Positions 38,642 through 52,100 of a stretch of DNA of 64,000 bases are shown piece by piece. Both the position numbers and the translations under genes were made by a program. Each line of letters begins with the position of its first letter. Within the stretch, counting starts at the first letter, position 1. Below the pieces are notes generated by a model that saw only the letters and a program-made list of their open reading frames with translations, was not told the origin of the DNA and did not search any database. The stretch is from NCBI GenBank assembly GCA_965153285.1, contig OZ229110.1, one strand, 5' to 3'. The DNA is from Podarcis tiliguerta (Eukaryota).

Positions 38642-39069
38642 TATTTGGCATTCTGTTTCAACCTGCCTGCTTTCCCTTTTTTTAAATAAAATTCCCTAAT
38701 TTGACCAGTGAATTGTGAGTAATTGCCAACCTCAGGGTTTTAGAATCCTCACGTACCTAGGTGCTTAGAATTCATGCTACTGAAAGGTTAGAATCAGAGT
38801 TGTAAGAGGGCAGGTGCTCTTCTGAGATCTGGGAGAGAGTCAGGAGTGTAACTTATCAGTCTGAGACGCACAGGGTGTATTGGCCTGAGTTTCTGGGTTT
38901 TAGGAAGCTTTTGTGGGGTCAGCCGGGGCAATGAGCAAGCTGCCTTATCTTGGACAGCTGGAAGCTACACCTACTTCCCCCAGCAATGTGTGTGTAGGTT
39001 GAACTGAGGAGTGCTGGGTGCACTAGCTTGGAGCCTTTTTGAAAGTAATTGCTTTGATGAATCTCAGGT

Positions 39070-39265
39070 CGCCAAGCAGGACTCAGACACAAGAGCACTC
39101 TCCCCACCTCCTGTAATTTCCAGCAACTGGTGTTCAGAAACATTACTGCTGCTGACAGTGGAGGCAGAGCATAGCCATCATGGCTAGCAGCCATCAATAG
39201 CCCTCTCCTCCATGAATTTGTCTAATCCTCTTTTAAAGCCATCTAGGTTGGTGGCTGCCACTGCC
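39070..39265 (-). mobile_element. Old CR1 3' fragment
   Basis: Reverse complement of the family at 985-1400. Confidence 0.7.
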
Positions 39266-42200
39266 ATTCATATACTATTCTCCTAAGGTGGTTTTTAAAA
39301 AAAACCAACAAAAAACATCCCATCAAAATAGGGACGGAGCGTGTGGTGTTCAAGCCCTGCCTCAAAAAGGTTCTGCAGATGAAACAAGTTCCCAGCACTG
39401 CTAACAGCAAAAGTCAACTGGTTGGGTAGTGATGGATGTATAGCCAAAATGGGACCACTAAGAAACAAGCAGGGGGCAGCAGCTCAGGGAACTCCAATAT
39501 TTGCACAAAAAGTACAAAAAGTCTTCTAAGAGAGTAAAAAAACCAGCCCACTGAAGAATAAATGTGTTTAGTAGCCACATAACATTAAAGTGTTAGGGAA
39601 AATTGAGGTGAGATAGAATATTTTGCAGGAGAGGATTATTCTGTCCTGTCGCCCTGGACAGGAGCAATTTTGCAAGGAGGTGAAGATATTGTACTCTGCA
39701 ACACTTTGTTGACATCTCACTAGCTAATTCCAAATTCTTTAATGTTGATGAGAGGATGCTATTTAAAATTACCGGTATCACTTTGTACTGTAATAATCCC
39801 AGGTCAGCAACTCACTAATGATCATAGATTACCTTTTATAAGCTGCTTTAAACGCCCACTGATCTTCACAGAGGATACACAATTATATAGCAATATAGGC
39901 TGTGCACATAGTCTCGTTTGAACTGGGTCCAGTGTGCTCATACTGCTCGCTTAGGAAGTGGTGCACACATTATCTTAAGCTACAATCCGTATACTCTTAT
40001 CTACCTTGTTGTTTCTTATGAAATACGGCATCTTGATTCATATCTACCCAAACCAGCTTTGATCTGAATTGAGAAACAGAACAACCTGGCTGGATTTTAA
40101 GTTGGTGTTGTGTACATAACCATAATTTCAGGAGGGGTGGGGGGGAGGAGCAAGTGCGTGCTTATGTTTGTAAATGAAATTATGAGTTGACAAACACACT
40201 AACCCAATTAATCTTGGTTCCTTGTTCATGTTTTTCATGCTGCTGCAGAAAATGCATTGTCCTATTGTAGTTATTAATAATCCCCCCCCCCAAAGAGGAT
40301 TAATGGAAACCAAGTGGGAATTTGCAGAAACAGACAATCTGCTTGTCCTAAATTTATTAACAGTGAAAGGAAATGTAGTTTTATTAGCAGTGAACCTTGA
40401 AATTGGGATTTTCATGGATTGCTTTAGTGTATAAACTATTATGAAATACATCAAAATGAGCTTCTTTTCAGGTGTTCTATAAGCCACCTCAAGCAGAGAA
40501 TATAAATATGTAGATGAGATGTACATAACAATGAACATTCTCAGCAACTGGATTGCATCAGAAAGATCCTTCATTTTTTACATAAAGTTGTCCACTCCGA
40601 TTGTGGTTGCTGCATTAATTGATTCTAGTACAATGTGCATTTTTGAAAATGTCATTTAAAAAACATTTATTAGGATATTCATATACCACCATTCACAAAA
40701 ATGGCCACGGGGAACCTTACAACATAATGAGCAAGGACTTCATAACAATCATTTCAATACAACTCATAATAAAAGCAGCAATACGTTTGAGGCCTGACTT
40801 TCAGAATCTAGTTTGGGCAAGAAACCAGTTGCATGTACAACAAATCAACTTGCTTCTTTGCACTGATACGCAGCCATGGGACTAACAGAAATAACCTCAT
40901 TCATCTTGCAGTCAACAACTTTAGCATCACACCTGAACGATGAAATGGAATTACTAAATTGTCATCTTCGCATTTGTATAGCACTTCCGTTCAAACACCT
41001 TCCCTTGCATTTATTTTGTAATCCTTAAATCATCGTAGCCATAAGGCAACATGGAATGATGCAGTAGTTCTGTATTACTCCACTTTGCAGACAAGGTGAG
41101 GCAGAGAGAGACGGACTCCTTACTCTGTGACATTTGATTCGGCTCCCTTGAAGGTGTTTCCCGTGCCGTGTGGCATTTTAATTCCTGCCTGTCAATGGAC
41201 CCACATGATTACCTGTGCTTTTGCTAGCAAGTTTATGGCTGAGGAAGGATCTGAACTAGAAACATCCTGATTCACCGGCAGAGAATGCTTCCAGGTGGGG
41301 ACTTAGTATTGAAAACGACCTGTCGAGAGAACGCAAATGGCGTTTAATTTACGGGATTTTTCCTGGAAAGGGATTAAATGGGGAAAATGCAGGCTGTCAT
41401 TTTGATGCCACGGCGAAGTTGTGCAAATATAGAAAAACGAGTGTCTACAGCAGAAGCGCCAATCCCACAATATAAACCCATTTGTAGGCACCCAGAGAGT
41501 CCCTTAGCCGCTTAGGTTTTATTTTCCTAACATTAAGTTTGGGTTAAGCAGCACCTCGCCTGCAAATTTGAGTGCAATCTGCCAATCTGCACTGGTGCCT
41601 CTTGCTACACCTATCCCATTGCAGCAATGTTCCGCCTACCTGGTGCGTAAGTGCAGATGGAGATTTGAGGCAATCGGGCACCTCGCCCACCAGCCTCTTG
41701 CCTCCACATGTTGCATTTCCTCTCCCTCCCTTCTGCTCTTGGCCCTGCCTGTGTGGATGGCCTGCCTGCCTTTTTCTTGGACTAGAGTACTGATCAGAGG
41801 CTTTTTCATTGCGGCCGACAACTGGGCCCCAGCATCAGCCTTTCAGCAAGCAGCAGGTGCAAGAAAGAGAGATCGCAGCTCTGCTAACGGTAATCCCCAC
41901 TCCTCTTTCCACCCCGCACAATATTGTCTGCTTCGCTCAAGGATGTTTTTGTCTTCTCTTCACAGCTGTTAGCTCCTTTATGCTGAAGTGAAGCCCTCTT
42001 CCTAATCTTTCAGCGCAGCAATTCCTCAGAAAGGGGTAGCGCCGGCCATTGTCAGTGAGCTGCAGGGTGCAGGAGGCACACCGATGCTCCCAAGAGCAAA
42101 CATGATCCTGCAACAAGGGCAGGGAGTAGGGAAAGAAGAGCTACTACCTGCCCCTCAGCTGTCCAGCTGAATTAGTTGGCTCTGCCAGCCACTGCATCTG

Positions 42201-42364
42201 GCTCTATCTACTGTTGTCCTCTTTTCCTTCTGCCCTGTCTCAATGGGCTTGAGCTGCCACTGCCTGCATAGTACACACACATTCGGTTGCTCTGTTCCGT
42301 GGAGCAAGCCTCAGGGGGTAACAATGACCACCAATCTGCTGGTAAGTTGCTGAAAAATTCTTCA

Positions 42365-42487
42365 TCATATAGAACTGTAGTGTTGAAAGGGACCACGAGG
42401 GTCTTCTAGTCCAACCCCCTGCAAGGCAGGAATCTTTTGCCCAACATGGGACTCGAACCCAAGACCCTGATATTAAGAGTCTCATCC
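42365..42487 (-). mobile_element. tRNA-Lys-derived SINE with CR1 3' tail (5' head truncated)
   Basis: atgagactcttaat-tcagggtc-tgggttcgag-cccatgttgggc resembles the tRNA-Lys(CTT) 3' part, joined to a ggttggactagaagaccc CR1 tail. Confidence 0.75.
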
Positions 42488-42491
42488 TGTA

Positions 42492-42705
42492 CAGTGGAAA
42501 CTCGGGTTGTGAATGTGATCCGTGCAGGAGGCACATTCACAACCCGCAGTGCCGCATCTGCGCATGCACAAAGTGCGATTTAGTGTTTCTGCGCATGCGC
42601 AAGCACAGAAACCCAGAAGTAACCCGTTCCGGTACTTCCAGGTTCGGAGCAGTGCGCAACCCAAAATCGCGTAACCTGAAGCGTCTGTAACCCGAGGTAC
42701 CACTG
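42492..42705. mobile_element. Tc1/mariner-type MITE
   Basis: TA TSD; TIR cagtggaaactcggg/cccgaggtaccactg. Confidence 0.85.
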
Positions 42706-43594
42706 TACTTGCAATAATGAGAATCATCAGAAACTGCTTAGAAGTGCTGCCAGCCTATGGGGCCTCAGTGCTGCCTGCAAAGTGTAACAGGGCAAAGAAT
42801 TAACAAAGCTGGTGGCATATCTGGCTCCTACACAATTAAGTTAAAGATCCTAGTAATTTAGATTACAAACTAGGCCCCCAGTTATGAGAAAGGTAATCCC
42901 TTTTTACAGAGAGAGAATTTTGCAAATTACCCCTCCCTGCTGCAGCAAGCGTTCGAATCCAGGCCCAAGGCCTAACGACAGGTTCTTGCACCAGTCCAGC
43001 CATAAATCTAAAAACATTAAATAAGGTTGGCATTCTCTTGTCAACTCCCTGTGGCCCCATCCTCCCAACGCAGTAATTATGAAGGTGCATCTTGTGAAAA
43101 GCAGTGCATCTGGCAACAATAGGATTAGCAAAAAGGCCACTAATCTACATAATGCAACAGTAGAAAGACATGTTTGGGTAGTTTGGCCTTATATAATGCC
43201 TGCTGCTGGTTATGACTCCCCTGTATCTGCCCAATGTGTTGCGAAGGAAGGAGTATTGCAGCTAAAAAAGTGAACCCCTCCCCAACATGCACATCAATTT
43301 CAACCATACAGGATGTACTGGTTGGGAGAGGTTTGCTTCACAGTTGTGATTTAATGCTAAGAAGCACATGAAGTTTCTACCTGCCTCCTGCTGGGCATAC
43401 TCGAGCATGCTAATAGCTGGTACATGAATAGGGGGCATATATTTGTACTGCAATAGTTTAATCAACATTAATGCATTCAACAAAGCCATCTGTTAGTCAG
43501 CAATTTCTCCATGTTTCACATTACATCGGGAAGAACCCTTTGAATAAACCACTCAATACATTCAATCACATTGACTTATGGATACATCCAGAGT

Positions 43595-43600
43595 TTTATT
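43595..43600 (-). terminator. Candidate IVD polyadenylation signal (AATAAA); alternatives near 44410 and 44583
   Basis: AATAAA on the minus strand followed by GT/T-rich sequence; cannot choose between candidates without RNA data. Confidence 0.3.
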
Positions 43601-43699
43601 AGCAATCTCCCAGAAGAATTACGGATTCCATCTTAACACTTCTGTGAAGAAGCTCGCCCAAGCACCAGGCAACAAATTTAGAAGTCAGAGTGTTAAGGA

Positions 43700-43862
43700 T
43701 CATAGAACTGTAGACTTGGAAAGGACCCCAAGGATCATCTAGTCCAACCCTCTGCAATGCAGACATCTCAACTAAAGCATCCATGACAGGTGGCCACCCA
43801 ACCTCTGCTCAAAAACCTCCAGTGAAGGAGAGTCCACAACCTCCCGAGGGAGTCCGTTCCTT
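43700..43862 (-). mobile_element. CR1 3' end fragment
   Basis: atcatagaactgtag...aaaacctccagtgaaggagagtccac. Confidence 0.8.
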
Positions 43863-46036
43863 TGTATTATTCAACTCTTACACTCACTTCAATGGAGCTT
43901 TGGCAAAGTTGGGTGATAAAGCTGTAACCTGCTACCACATTTGATGATGTATAAACAATCCTGCTGCGATTCAGATTTCAAAATGGGTAAAAAGCAACAT
44001 TTCCCTGCGCTTTAGAAACACTTCCTGTTTCTGTGTCTCTCTTCCAAGAACTGCCCTTTAACAGATACTTTCTGAAAATGAGGCAGAAGGCTGCAGAATC
44101 TAATGTGATTGAGAGATGCAAAGATTCCATGAATTTTTATGGGACATGTATGCTGAGAGATGGGCAATTTGTTTGACAGTGTGCAATGCTGCCAACTTTT
44201 GCCCGTCCACTTCTTATCTTTTAAAATGAAAGCTGGTGTCCTCAGAGACTCTGTGAGACTTAAATAACACTGAAGACCAAATATGCTATGCTCCAGGGCT
44301 ATTCCCAAAAGAGCATCTCATTCTGAATGGTCAAGCAGATTGTCATGATTTCCACCTTCAAGGTCCAGTTCAACCATCAAGTGCTGTCACCACCTCCTTT
44401 TAAAAAAAGTTTATTAAGAAGAAATGGGAAAGTTGTACATAAATAGTAAAAGCTTTTAAGTCAATCATACGTTGTGCATATGGGATTTAAAGATGTGTCC
44501 TGGGTGTGAAAAAAGTTGACCGGGTTACCAATTACTAATCAAGATTCCCCATGACCCCATCAGATCTGAAGGGTTTCCACAATTTATTTGAGCTTTAGAT
44601 GTTTGTGGGGTTGATGTTTTCTGTCCCACAGGCATGGCCCACAGTGCCTGGTCCTGTTCGCCGTTTTTGGCACATAAGAACCTATGTGACCCACTTCAAA
44701 ATCACTTGGGTGAAAAGTGGTGTATAAAACTGGAAAATAAAAGTAAGTCTGACTGATGCAAGCACATCTGCTTGCAGTGAAAGGATCTCCTCTCATTAGA
44801 AAATTTAATGCATTATATGAGAAAGACTGAATTATTAAGACCAGCTTACCAACATAAACCTTGTGTGTTCTAGCATACTGGTTCTCCGTTACATTCAAGC
44901 CACACCAATCACTTCATGAATTGGTTTAAGATTAACAGAGATCAAGTGCTGGAAGCTGCTGGTTTTCATTATACTGCCTCCCTTTCCATCGTTTATGTGG
45001 ACAGTACAGGATCAGCCTAAAAGTTCATGGTAAGGTACTGCCCAGAGAGAGAACTCAATGGAAGTGAAGACAATAATCCAGCCACCGACAACCATTTTAA
45101 ATCTTAGTCAACTTCTGTTTTTGCCTGGACTTTAACATCTTTGGAAATTGTGTCACGCTGTTTACCACCCAGTAAAAACCAAAAACCTTTCAGTCCTCAT
45201 ATGATGGTGTGTAAAGCACCACTAGATCCCACCCCGTCTTATCCATCAGCTGAGCTTTTGTTTCTTCTAGTAGGCAGAGCAAACATGCATGCAGCCATGT
45301 TCACCAAGGGAAGCTTTGCAAAAGCACCTAACATTCCCCAGTCAAGTTGCCTCCTCCGCCTCCTCCCCAATTCACTCTCGGCCGGCACATTGTAGTGTTT
45401 TGACATTTTAACTGCTTCCAGAATGATAGATGGTGACATCACCGCATGAATCAAGCTTGAGGTGGCAGTCCATCAAATGAATGAAGGCTTTGCAGAGTAT
45501 TAATATACCTCAGTAAGCAGCAAGAGAGGATAGGAACAAACAAAAATGCATGCCTCCCATGTTACCAATGTTTCAGCAGCAGCAGCCTTAATGCTGCTTG
45601 GGTGGCTGATCCCGTGAAATGCAAAAGAACCCCATAAAGTCAGCTAGCATTCTGGAGGTGTGATGCAGAACAGAACACCATGCTGCTAATCCCATTCACT
45701 AAAAACACCACATTCGGGAGAGAGAGAAATCTACTTCAATAGTTCACAAAACTGATAATCTTTTTTAAAGTGTACAAAATTTCTCCCTTTCTAAGCAAGC
45801 CGTGTTGGCAGATATCCACATATTCCACTTGCGCTTCCTACTGTATTCCACTGTAATTGTAATGCAATCGCATGTTCTTAGGGAATCTAGTTGGGTTTGC
45901 ATTGAGAACAGAAGGTCGAGAGATAAGTGGAGGTGGTCATTCTGGTAGCGGGAGTGGAAAAATGCTTGTGCGCTTTTACAGTCTTAGAAATAAAAGGCCT
46001 CTCGGTTTGAAGTGTGATTCTCCTCGAACGACAGCG

Positions 46037-46170
46037 CTACTTAAAGGCAGCGTTAAACGACCGGCCTATGATGATTCTCCGCACCTCGCTGGTTCCTGCC
46101 CCTATTTCATACAGTTTGGCATCGCGCAGAAAGCGACCCATGGGGTAGTCATTGATGTAGCCGTTTCCAC
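46037..46170 (-). CDS. IVD: IVD exon 12 coding part ([43 protein letters not shown])
   Basis: ttgcag| acceptor, TAG stop at 46037-46039. Confidence 0.97.
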
Positions 46171-49100
46171 CTGCAACACAAGAAGGCAGCCTTAAAGTCT
46201 AACAAGAGACAGAGCTCTTGGATGCAGACTGGGTCCTGGGGGCAGCAGCTTGTGGGATGATGAATGCTGAATTTGGCCAAAATGGAAATCACTTGTTAGC
46301 CCAGAGCGGCTGGGGCAACCCAGTCAGGTGGACGGGGTACAAATAATAAAGTTATTAATATTAGTAATAATTGCTCCCAATTCCATGATTAAAGCAGGGT
46401 AACAAGATGGCATGAAATTGCGCAACTGCCTGCTAGGTCAGCCTGCCTTTTGGTGGGACAACCACATGCACATCTATGATCTTACCCAGACACTGAATTC
46501 CATCCAAAGCGACCTGTGTAGCACATTCCGCAGAGTAGAGAATCACTCCTGCACAGTCCTGGTGGGGCAGATAAGATCATTTTCAATCAAGAACTTCCAA
46601 GATAGACGTTCAGCTCTTCTAGCCCCAACCCCACACAAGCGACTGGCAGAATTGTCCAAGCCAGTCGTCTTTCTAGCCAAACCAGATTTCGAATTCGCAC
46701 CATAGTTACCAAAAAGGAAGCACCCACCTTTCCTTCCAAGATGAGGACATTGTTATGCGTCCTTTAAGCTCTGAATACCCCCACCCACCTGCAAATTGCA
46801 ACAGAAACCACAACATTCATGGCTTCATGCTACGTTGAGTTTAGGTACACATGGGATTTAAGATAAGAGACAGCACTTCCGTTGTCCATCCTATTAGGTT
46901 GTCATGATTAGAGCACATGAAAGCTATATTAGTGGTAAAAGCAAGTGGCACAGATATTCTAGTACCACATCATTTTATCATGCTGCATCTATACGCAAAA
47001 GGAAAGCCATTGCCAGGTGGGCAAGGAAGTATTCTTCTCCTTTAAGAAAGTATTCAAAACATCATATATTTTCTACTGTGGACTTAAGTCTCTTACACTA
47101 CTGATTCTTCACCCCTCCTGCTTACACAAAATACAGTAGGGTCAAAAAGAAATGTTGCAAGCACCCATGAGCTCACCTTTGCATTGCAGTGTCCTCGATC
47201 ACAGGCCTTTGCGACATTGTACACGTACTGTCGACAAGCCATCAGCCGTGTGTACATATCAGCCATTTTACCCTGCATGAGCTAATCAGAGCATAAGGAG
47301 AGAGAGAGATTTGGATTTATTTTCACAATTTTTATCACCCCTTGTTGCTATCCTTAGTACAAAAACAATTAAGATAGCAACAAGTATACACACATAAAGT
47401 AAATTAATAAAAATTATTAAGTTAAAAGTTACAGGAAGCCCGCAACTTACATAGGGGTTACATTCCGGGAACAGTGCCTAAAGTCAAAGTTGTGTATCCA
47501 GTGGTACCTCGGGTTACAAACACCTCAGGTTACAAACACTTCGGGTTACAGACTCTGCTAACCTGGAACTAGTACCTTGGGGTAAGAACTTTACCTCAGG
47601 ATGAGAACAGAAATCGCACAGCGGCAGTGGGAGGCACCATTAGTTAAAGTGGTATCTCAGGTTAAGAACGGACCGCTGGAACGAATTAAGTTCCTAACCA
47701 GAGGTACCACTGTAGTCAAAACACATTAGGTTCAATGGCATGTGGGACTGCCAAAGTCATTTCCTCCGCCCCCTTATTTATCTATTTTGCCACGTGCATA
47801 AAGCTGAATGTGCACAAGTTAAATGCACATAAATTGCGGGCTTGCTGCATATATTTAGCATTCGGACAGCAGCAACCTGGATCCTATTTTAAAAAACCCA
47901 GACTTAAACGTACCTGCCTATATATTTAAAAAAGAGTGTTTGGTTGACCACTAAAAAGACAAGCATCTAGTAAGGCACACTGCAATTCCAAATCCAACTA
48001 AAGTTGAAATAGTTACCTGATTATTCAAAGCTAACATCAGCTGCCATAATCAGCAAATTGAAACCAAACCCTGGGTTTCTCCTAAGCCCTAAATTTCTGA
48101 ATGCACATTATCATGAGGTTCTAGCAATAGGAGACATTTCAGTGTTACTTTAAAATCAGCCAGCAACTAAAAAGGAACTTGGGGGAAATGGTTAGCTTCA
48201 GAACTGCTTGTTAGGAAACAAGCAGCATCACAGCTTTAGGTGGAAATATTTATCTGAGGAAGACAGATTGATCCAGAACCAGCTTTATCCAACTGTAAAA
48301 GGAAGCAGGCTCTAAAAGTTCACTGGCAACCTTCTTACGGCTCTCACCTGAAAATGTCCAATTTTCTGTCCAAAAGCTTCCCTCACATGTAAATATGGGA
48401 GCGCATGGTCCAGCACAGCCTGCATGATCCTGCAAGGGAAAGAGGCCTGCAGATTTTAAAGATTTCCATCCTGCCTTTGAAAAGATGGCTTATAGAGAGT
48501 CAATAAAAACATCAAAACATCATCATCAAAATACAATCCATAAAACCAAAAAACTAAAGGAGCTGCAAAAGCAGGAACAACAATAAAAAGTAGCCTACAG
48601 ATAAACTGAAAAAAGTCACAAATGAGATGTTGCAATACCCACATGGGTATGTTTAGATGGATAGATGGATGGTTGGATAGGATAACATCTCCTGCCATAG
48701 AGAAACCTGTAAATTTTAACAAATGCATGTAGCTGTTTGTCCACTAAAAATAATTAAATAAATCCAGAAGTCATAGTAGGTTAGGGACCAGTTTAGTGGT
48801 GGCACTAATCCATTCAGAAAATCCTATATTAGATCACTGGCAACCCCAGTTAATAGGGTCACCAGGGAGACCAGGTAGCAGGTGATGGGTAAGGCCTCTC
48901 TGCTTGAGATCCTCAAAAGCTGCTGCTGGTCCATGTAGTAGGTCGTAATGGCCCAAAGGACAGAGTCCTCTGTGATCCAAGGCCTGTAATCCTACTGTTA
49001 TTAGAATACACTAAGAAGCTACAAAGAAGGGGGGAAGCTTTCAGTTTTAATCAAAAGTCTCCATCAGGTTGGATCTTGAAAATAAAAGGGGCAAAAACAT

Positions 49101-52100
49101 GCCACAGGGCATTCTACTCTGTAGTTGGCAATAGTATTAACCCAGGGTCCACAAAGTCTGGCTGGCCTTAAGACCTAGCCAAGGCTTCGCTGCTTTTCAA
49201 GGATTCCCCAAGGCAAGAGTTTCACGTCAGGGAGAATCCCATGGCATCTCTACATTCAGGGAGAAGGGTAGGTCCTCTCATTAAGAGAGCAAAATATCTG
49301 CCGTGTCTAAACAGACTATCCACATAGCTGATGGGATTTGCACAATTACCGCAGCCGTTTTCAAGCTGTCCTGTGGCACAGCATTTGTGTGAGGTCACTA
49401 GTTCATAAAAAGATGAGCATCCCCCTCCAGCCATCAAAGTGGTGGCGGTTCCATGAATTAATAGAACCAATCAAGCACAACAAGCCATGTCACTAGAGTA
49501 ATAAATAAATACATATTTACCCCAAGGGTCCACCAGACAACACTAGTCTCTCCAGATCCAAGCCACTCATCAACACATAGACTCCTTTACTCAGTTGCCC
49601 CAAGACATTCGCAGCTGTGAGGAGAAAAGGAAAGCTGATTCCTGGCGAACCTACACAATCCTAGATAGTGTGTTCCTTGTGCGTCTATGTATGTGTGCTC
49701 ACATGGGAGTATGCACAGGTATACTAGCACAAACACGGTTACACCTTACACTCAAACATCACTTTTTATTTTCAAGCAACATAAACAAATAGAAAGCAGC
49801 AACACGATCTCAGTTGCTCATGTACCTTGCACAAAACAGCAAAGTGTGTTTATGGCCTACTTCTTGGCATCGTTACTAAGGGACAGATCAAATTATGCAT
49901 GAATTAGCTTCAATGGGAACTTGTTTTAATCTGTTGGTGATCAGAATGCTGAACGCAGCATGATTCCAAGTGCCTGCTACAGACAGGAGACTCATCAGTT
50001 CTAGACTAAAATATATATGTATTACAAAATTTGGCATACATATGCATTCAGTTGACTTAAGCCAACTTTTTCACCCTGTTCACACATTATAGGAAGCCAT
50101 AGTTAATGGTTTACCATAAAAGCGCTGGTCTTCATCAGTTTGCTCCTCCTTCACAAGCAGGAAATGATGATTCCAGACTTGGCATTATATCCAAACTGTG
50201 ATTCGTTTTGCTCCAACAACTCATGATCAGTGAGCCAAGGATAAACCTTAGGTTGAGATCATGGTTTGTAGGGAGCAAAACAGGATCGCTGGTTCAGACA
50301 TAACACTAAGCCAGTGTTGTTTCCTGCATGTGCTGGCATCCCATGAGCATGAGGCCAGTACTGTATCAATTTCTGCACTGCAAATGGTGCCTGAATCAGT
50401 GGTGTTACTCTACACCGCATACCGATCTTAATTGATGAATTTGGATTTCCCCTCCCAACCTGCAGGGACCGAGGAAGGAAGCATGGGGCAAATAGCATGA
50501 GTAATGCTGCTGAACGGAGAAACTGCATGAAGTAACTGCTTGTGAAATACAAAAAACAAAAAAGGAAAGAGCTGCATCTGAATTCCCTGAATGTACCTTC
50601 AACAATTACGCCTCAGGCAAAATACAAGATGAGCTTTCCAAATCCGCTCCTGACCATTGCTGTGTGACCTAAGAGTGGGACTCCGTGGGGCAGCACTCAC
50701 GATCAAAGGAACCTGCGCAACACTTGGTGGAGCGCCAATGACAACCGACGCTAATACAGCAGAGGGGGTGGCAAACACTCAAAAGCACACTCTGATCTAA
50801 GGGAAATGTTGCGTTGGAGATGCAGGAATCTACTGAAGCAGCTCGACACTGAGCAACGATTGAAGTGGTCCTGGGAGATCAGAGGGAGTCTCAAAAAGAA
50901 CATGTGTTCTTTGGTACTGCTACTAATCTCTTCCGCTGAAGAGAGGGAGCCTGTGGCCACGAGAGCACACTGGAAGGATCGGAAGCAGACTGTAAGGAAA
51001 AATGGCAGCCCAGCAGCCATTTCATTGGTGTTTCCGAAAAGTTTGTAAATCTGCCAAGTTGTCCTTGGGAAAGAGGGTGCAAGCAATCAGTCCTGGAGCT
51101 TCTCAGTAACACCTGCAAATTGGGGGTGGTTGGGGAAGAACTTGCCACCACACAAAGGGAACCAAGGAAGAAATCTTGGTTTTCCGCACGGGACACAAAT
51201 CAGCCACAGCGAGTGTAAATGTGGTAGCCTATCCTGGCTAGTCTTTCAACTGATGGCCTCGCAGTAGTATCACCTTCCGTCTTGGTCCACTTTCCAGAAG
51301 TGTGGAGCAGGTCCACAAGCTTGCCCCCTTCAAGGGACAATTAAGACCTTCCTCTCTAGTCAAGCTTGATATAATTAATATTGCAAAACAAAACTAATGA
51401 TGAGCCAAGTAGATTTGATGATGCTTTTATATATCACTTGCTTGAACTATTAAATAACATATGCTTTTCATGTTGGGTTTTATTTTTTCTAACTTTTCAT
51501 TGTACGCATATTTGAACATTGCAATGACTAGAAAATATAAATAAGGAAAGAGTTGCCAGGGGTTGAGGGAGGCAGTGCCACTTCAGTATCACTCACCAGG
51601 AATCTTGCAGTCCTCAAAGACCAATTCACAGGTATTTGACCCTCTCATTCCCAGTTTATCAAGCTTTTGTGCGGTGCTGAAACCAGGTGTACCCTGAAGA
51701 AAAGGGGAGGAAAAACTACTGGAAAAATCCATTTTTTTATAAAGAGGCCACTCGCATGATGACATACTGGACAATTCAGAGGATAAGCAGGGAGAGGATT
51801 AAAATATTTGAAACATGAAAGTGCCTACAGATAATCCCAAGTTTATATCCTTCACCATCAAGTCAAGAACTTCAGATATTAGGGGAAGAACACCCCAATC
51901 AGAGCGAACTCTATTATTTCCAGGCAGACCTGAGTCCCCATGTTGTCTTCTCGAAGTGGAGCACTGGATGTCAGGTCATTTGCTGGTTCTGATGTCTGGC
52001 CAAATGTCCAACTTTACCATCTGTAGAGCAGGAGAATCCTCTCCTCACAGGGACCCAAATGTGGCATTTGCCCAGAACTTTCAGGGAACATCAGCACAGA

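Noticed and set aside
45886-46039. Stop-codon readthrough extension of IVD (frame stays open ~49 codons after TAG)
   Set aside because: TAG-CGC is not a known strong readthrough context and there is no targeting motif at the extended C-terminus.
50600-51540. Hidden gene inside IVD intron 7
   Set aside because: ORFs are short and unrecognisable, and the 3' part resembles a decayed L2 ORF2 end.
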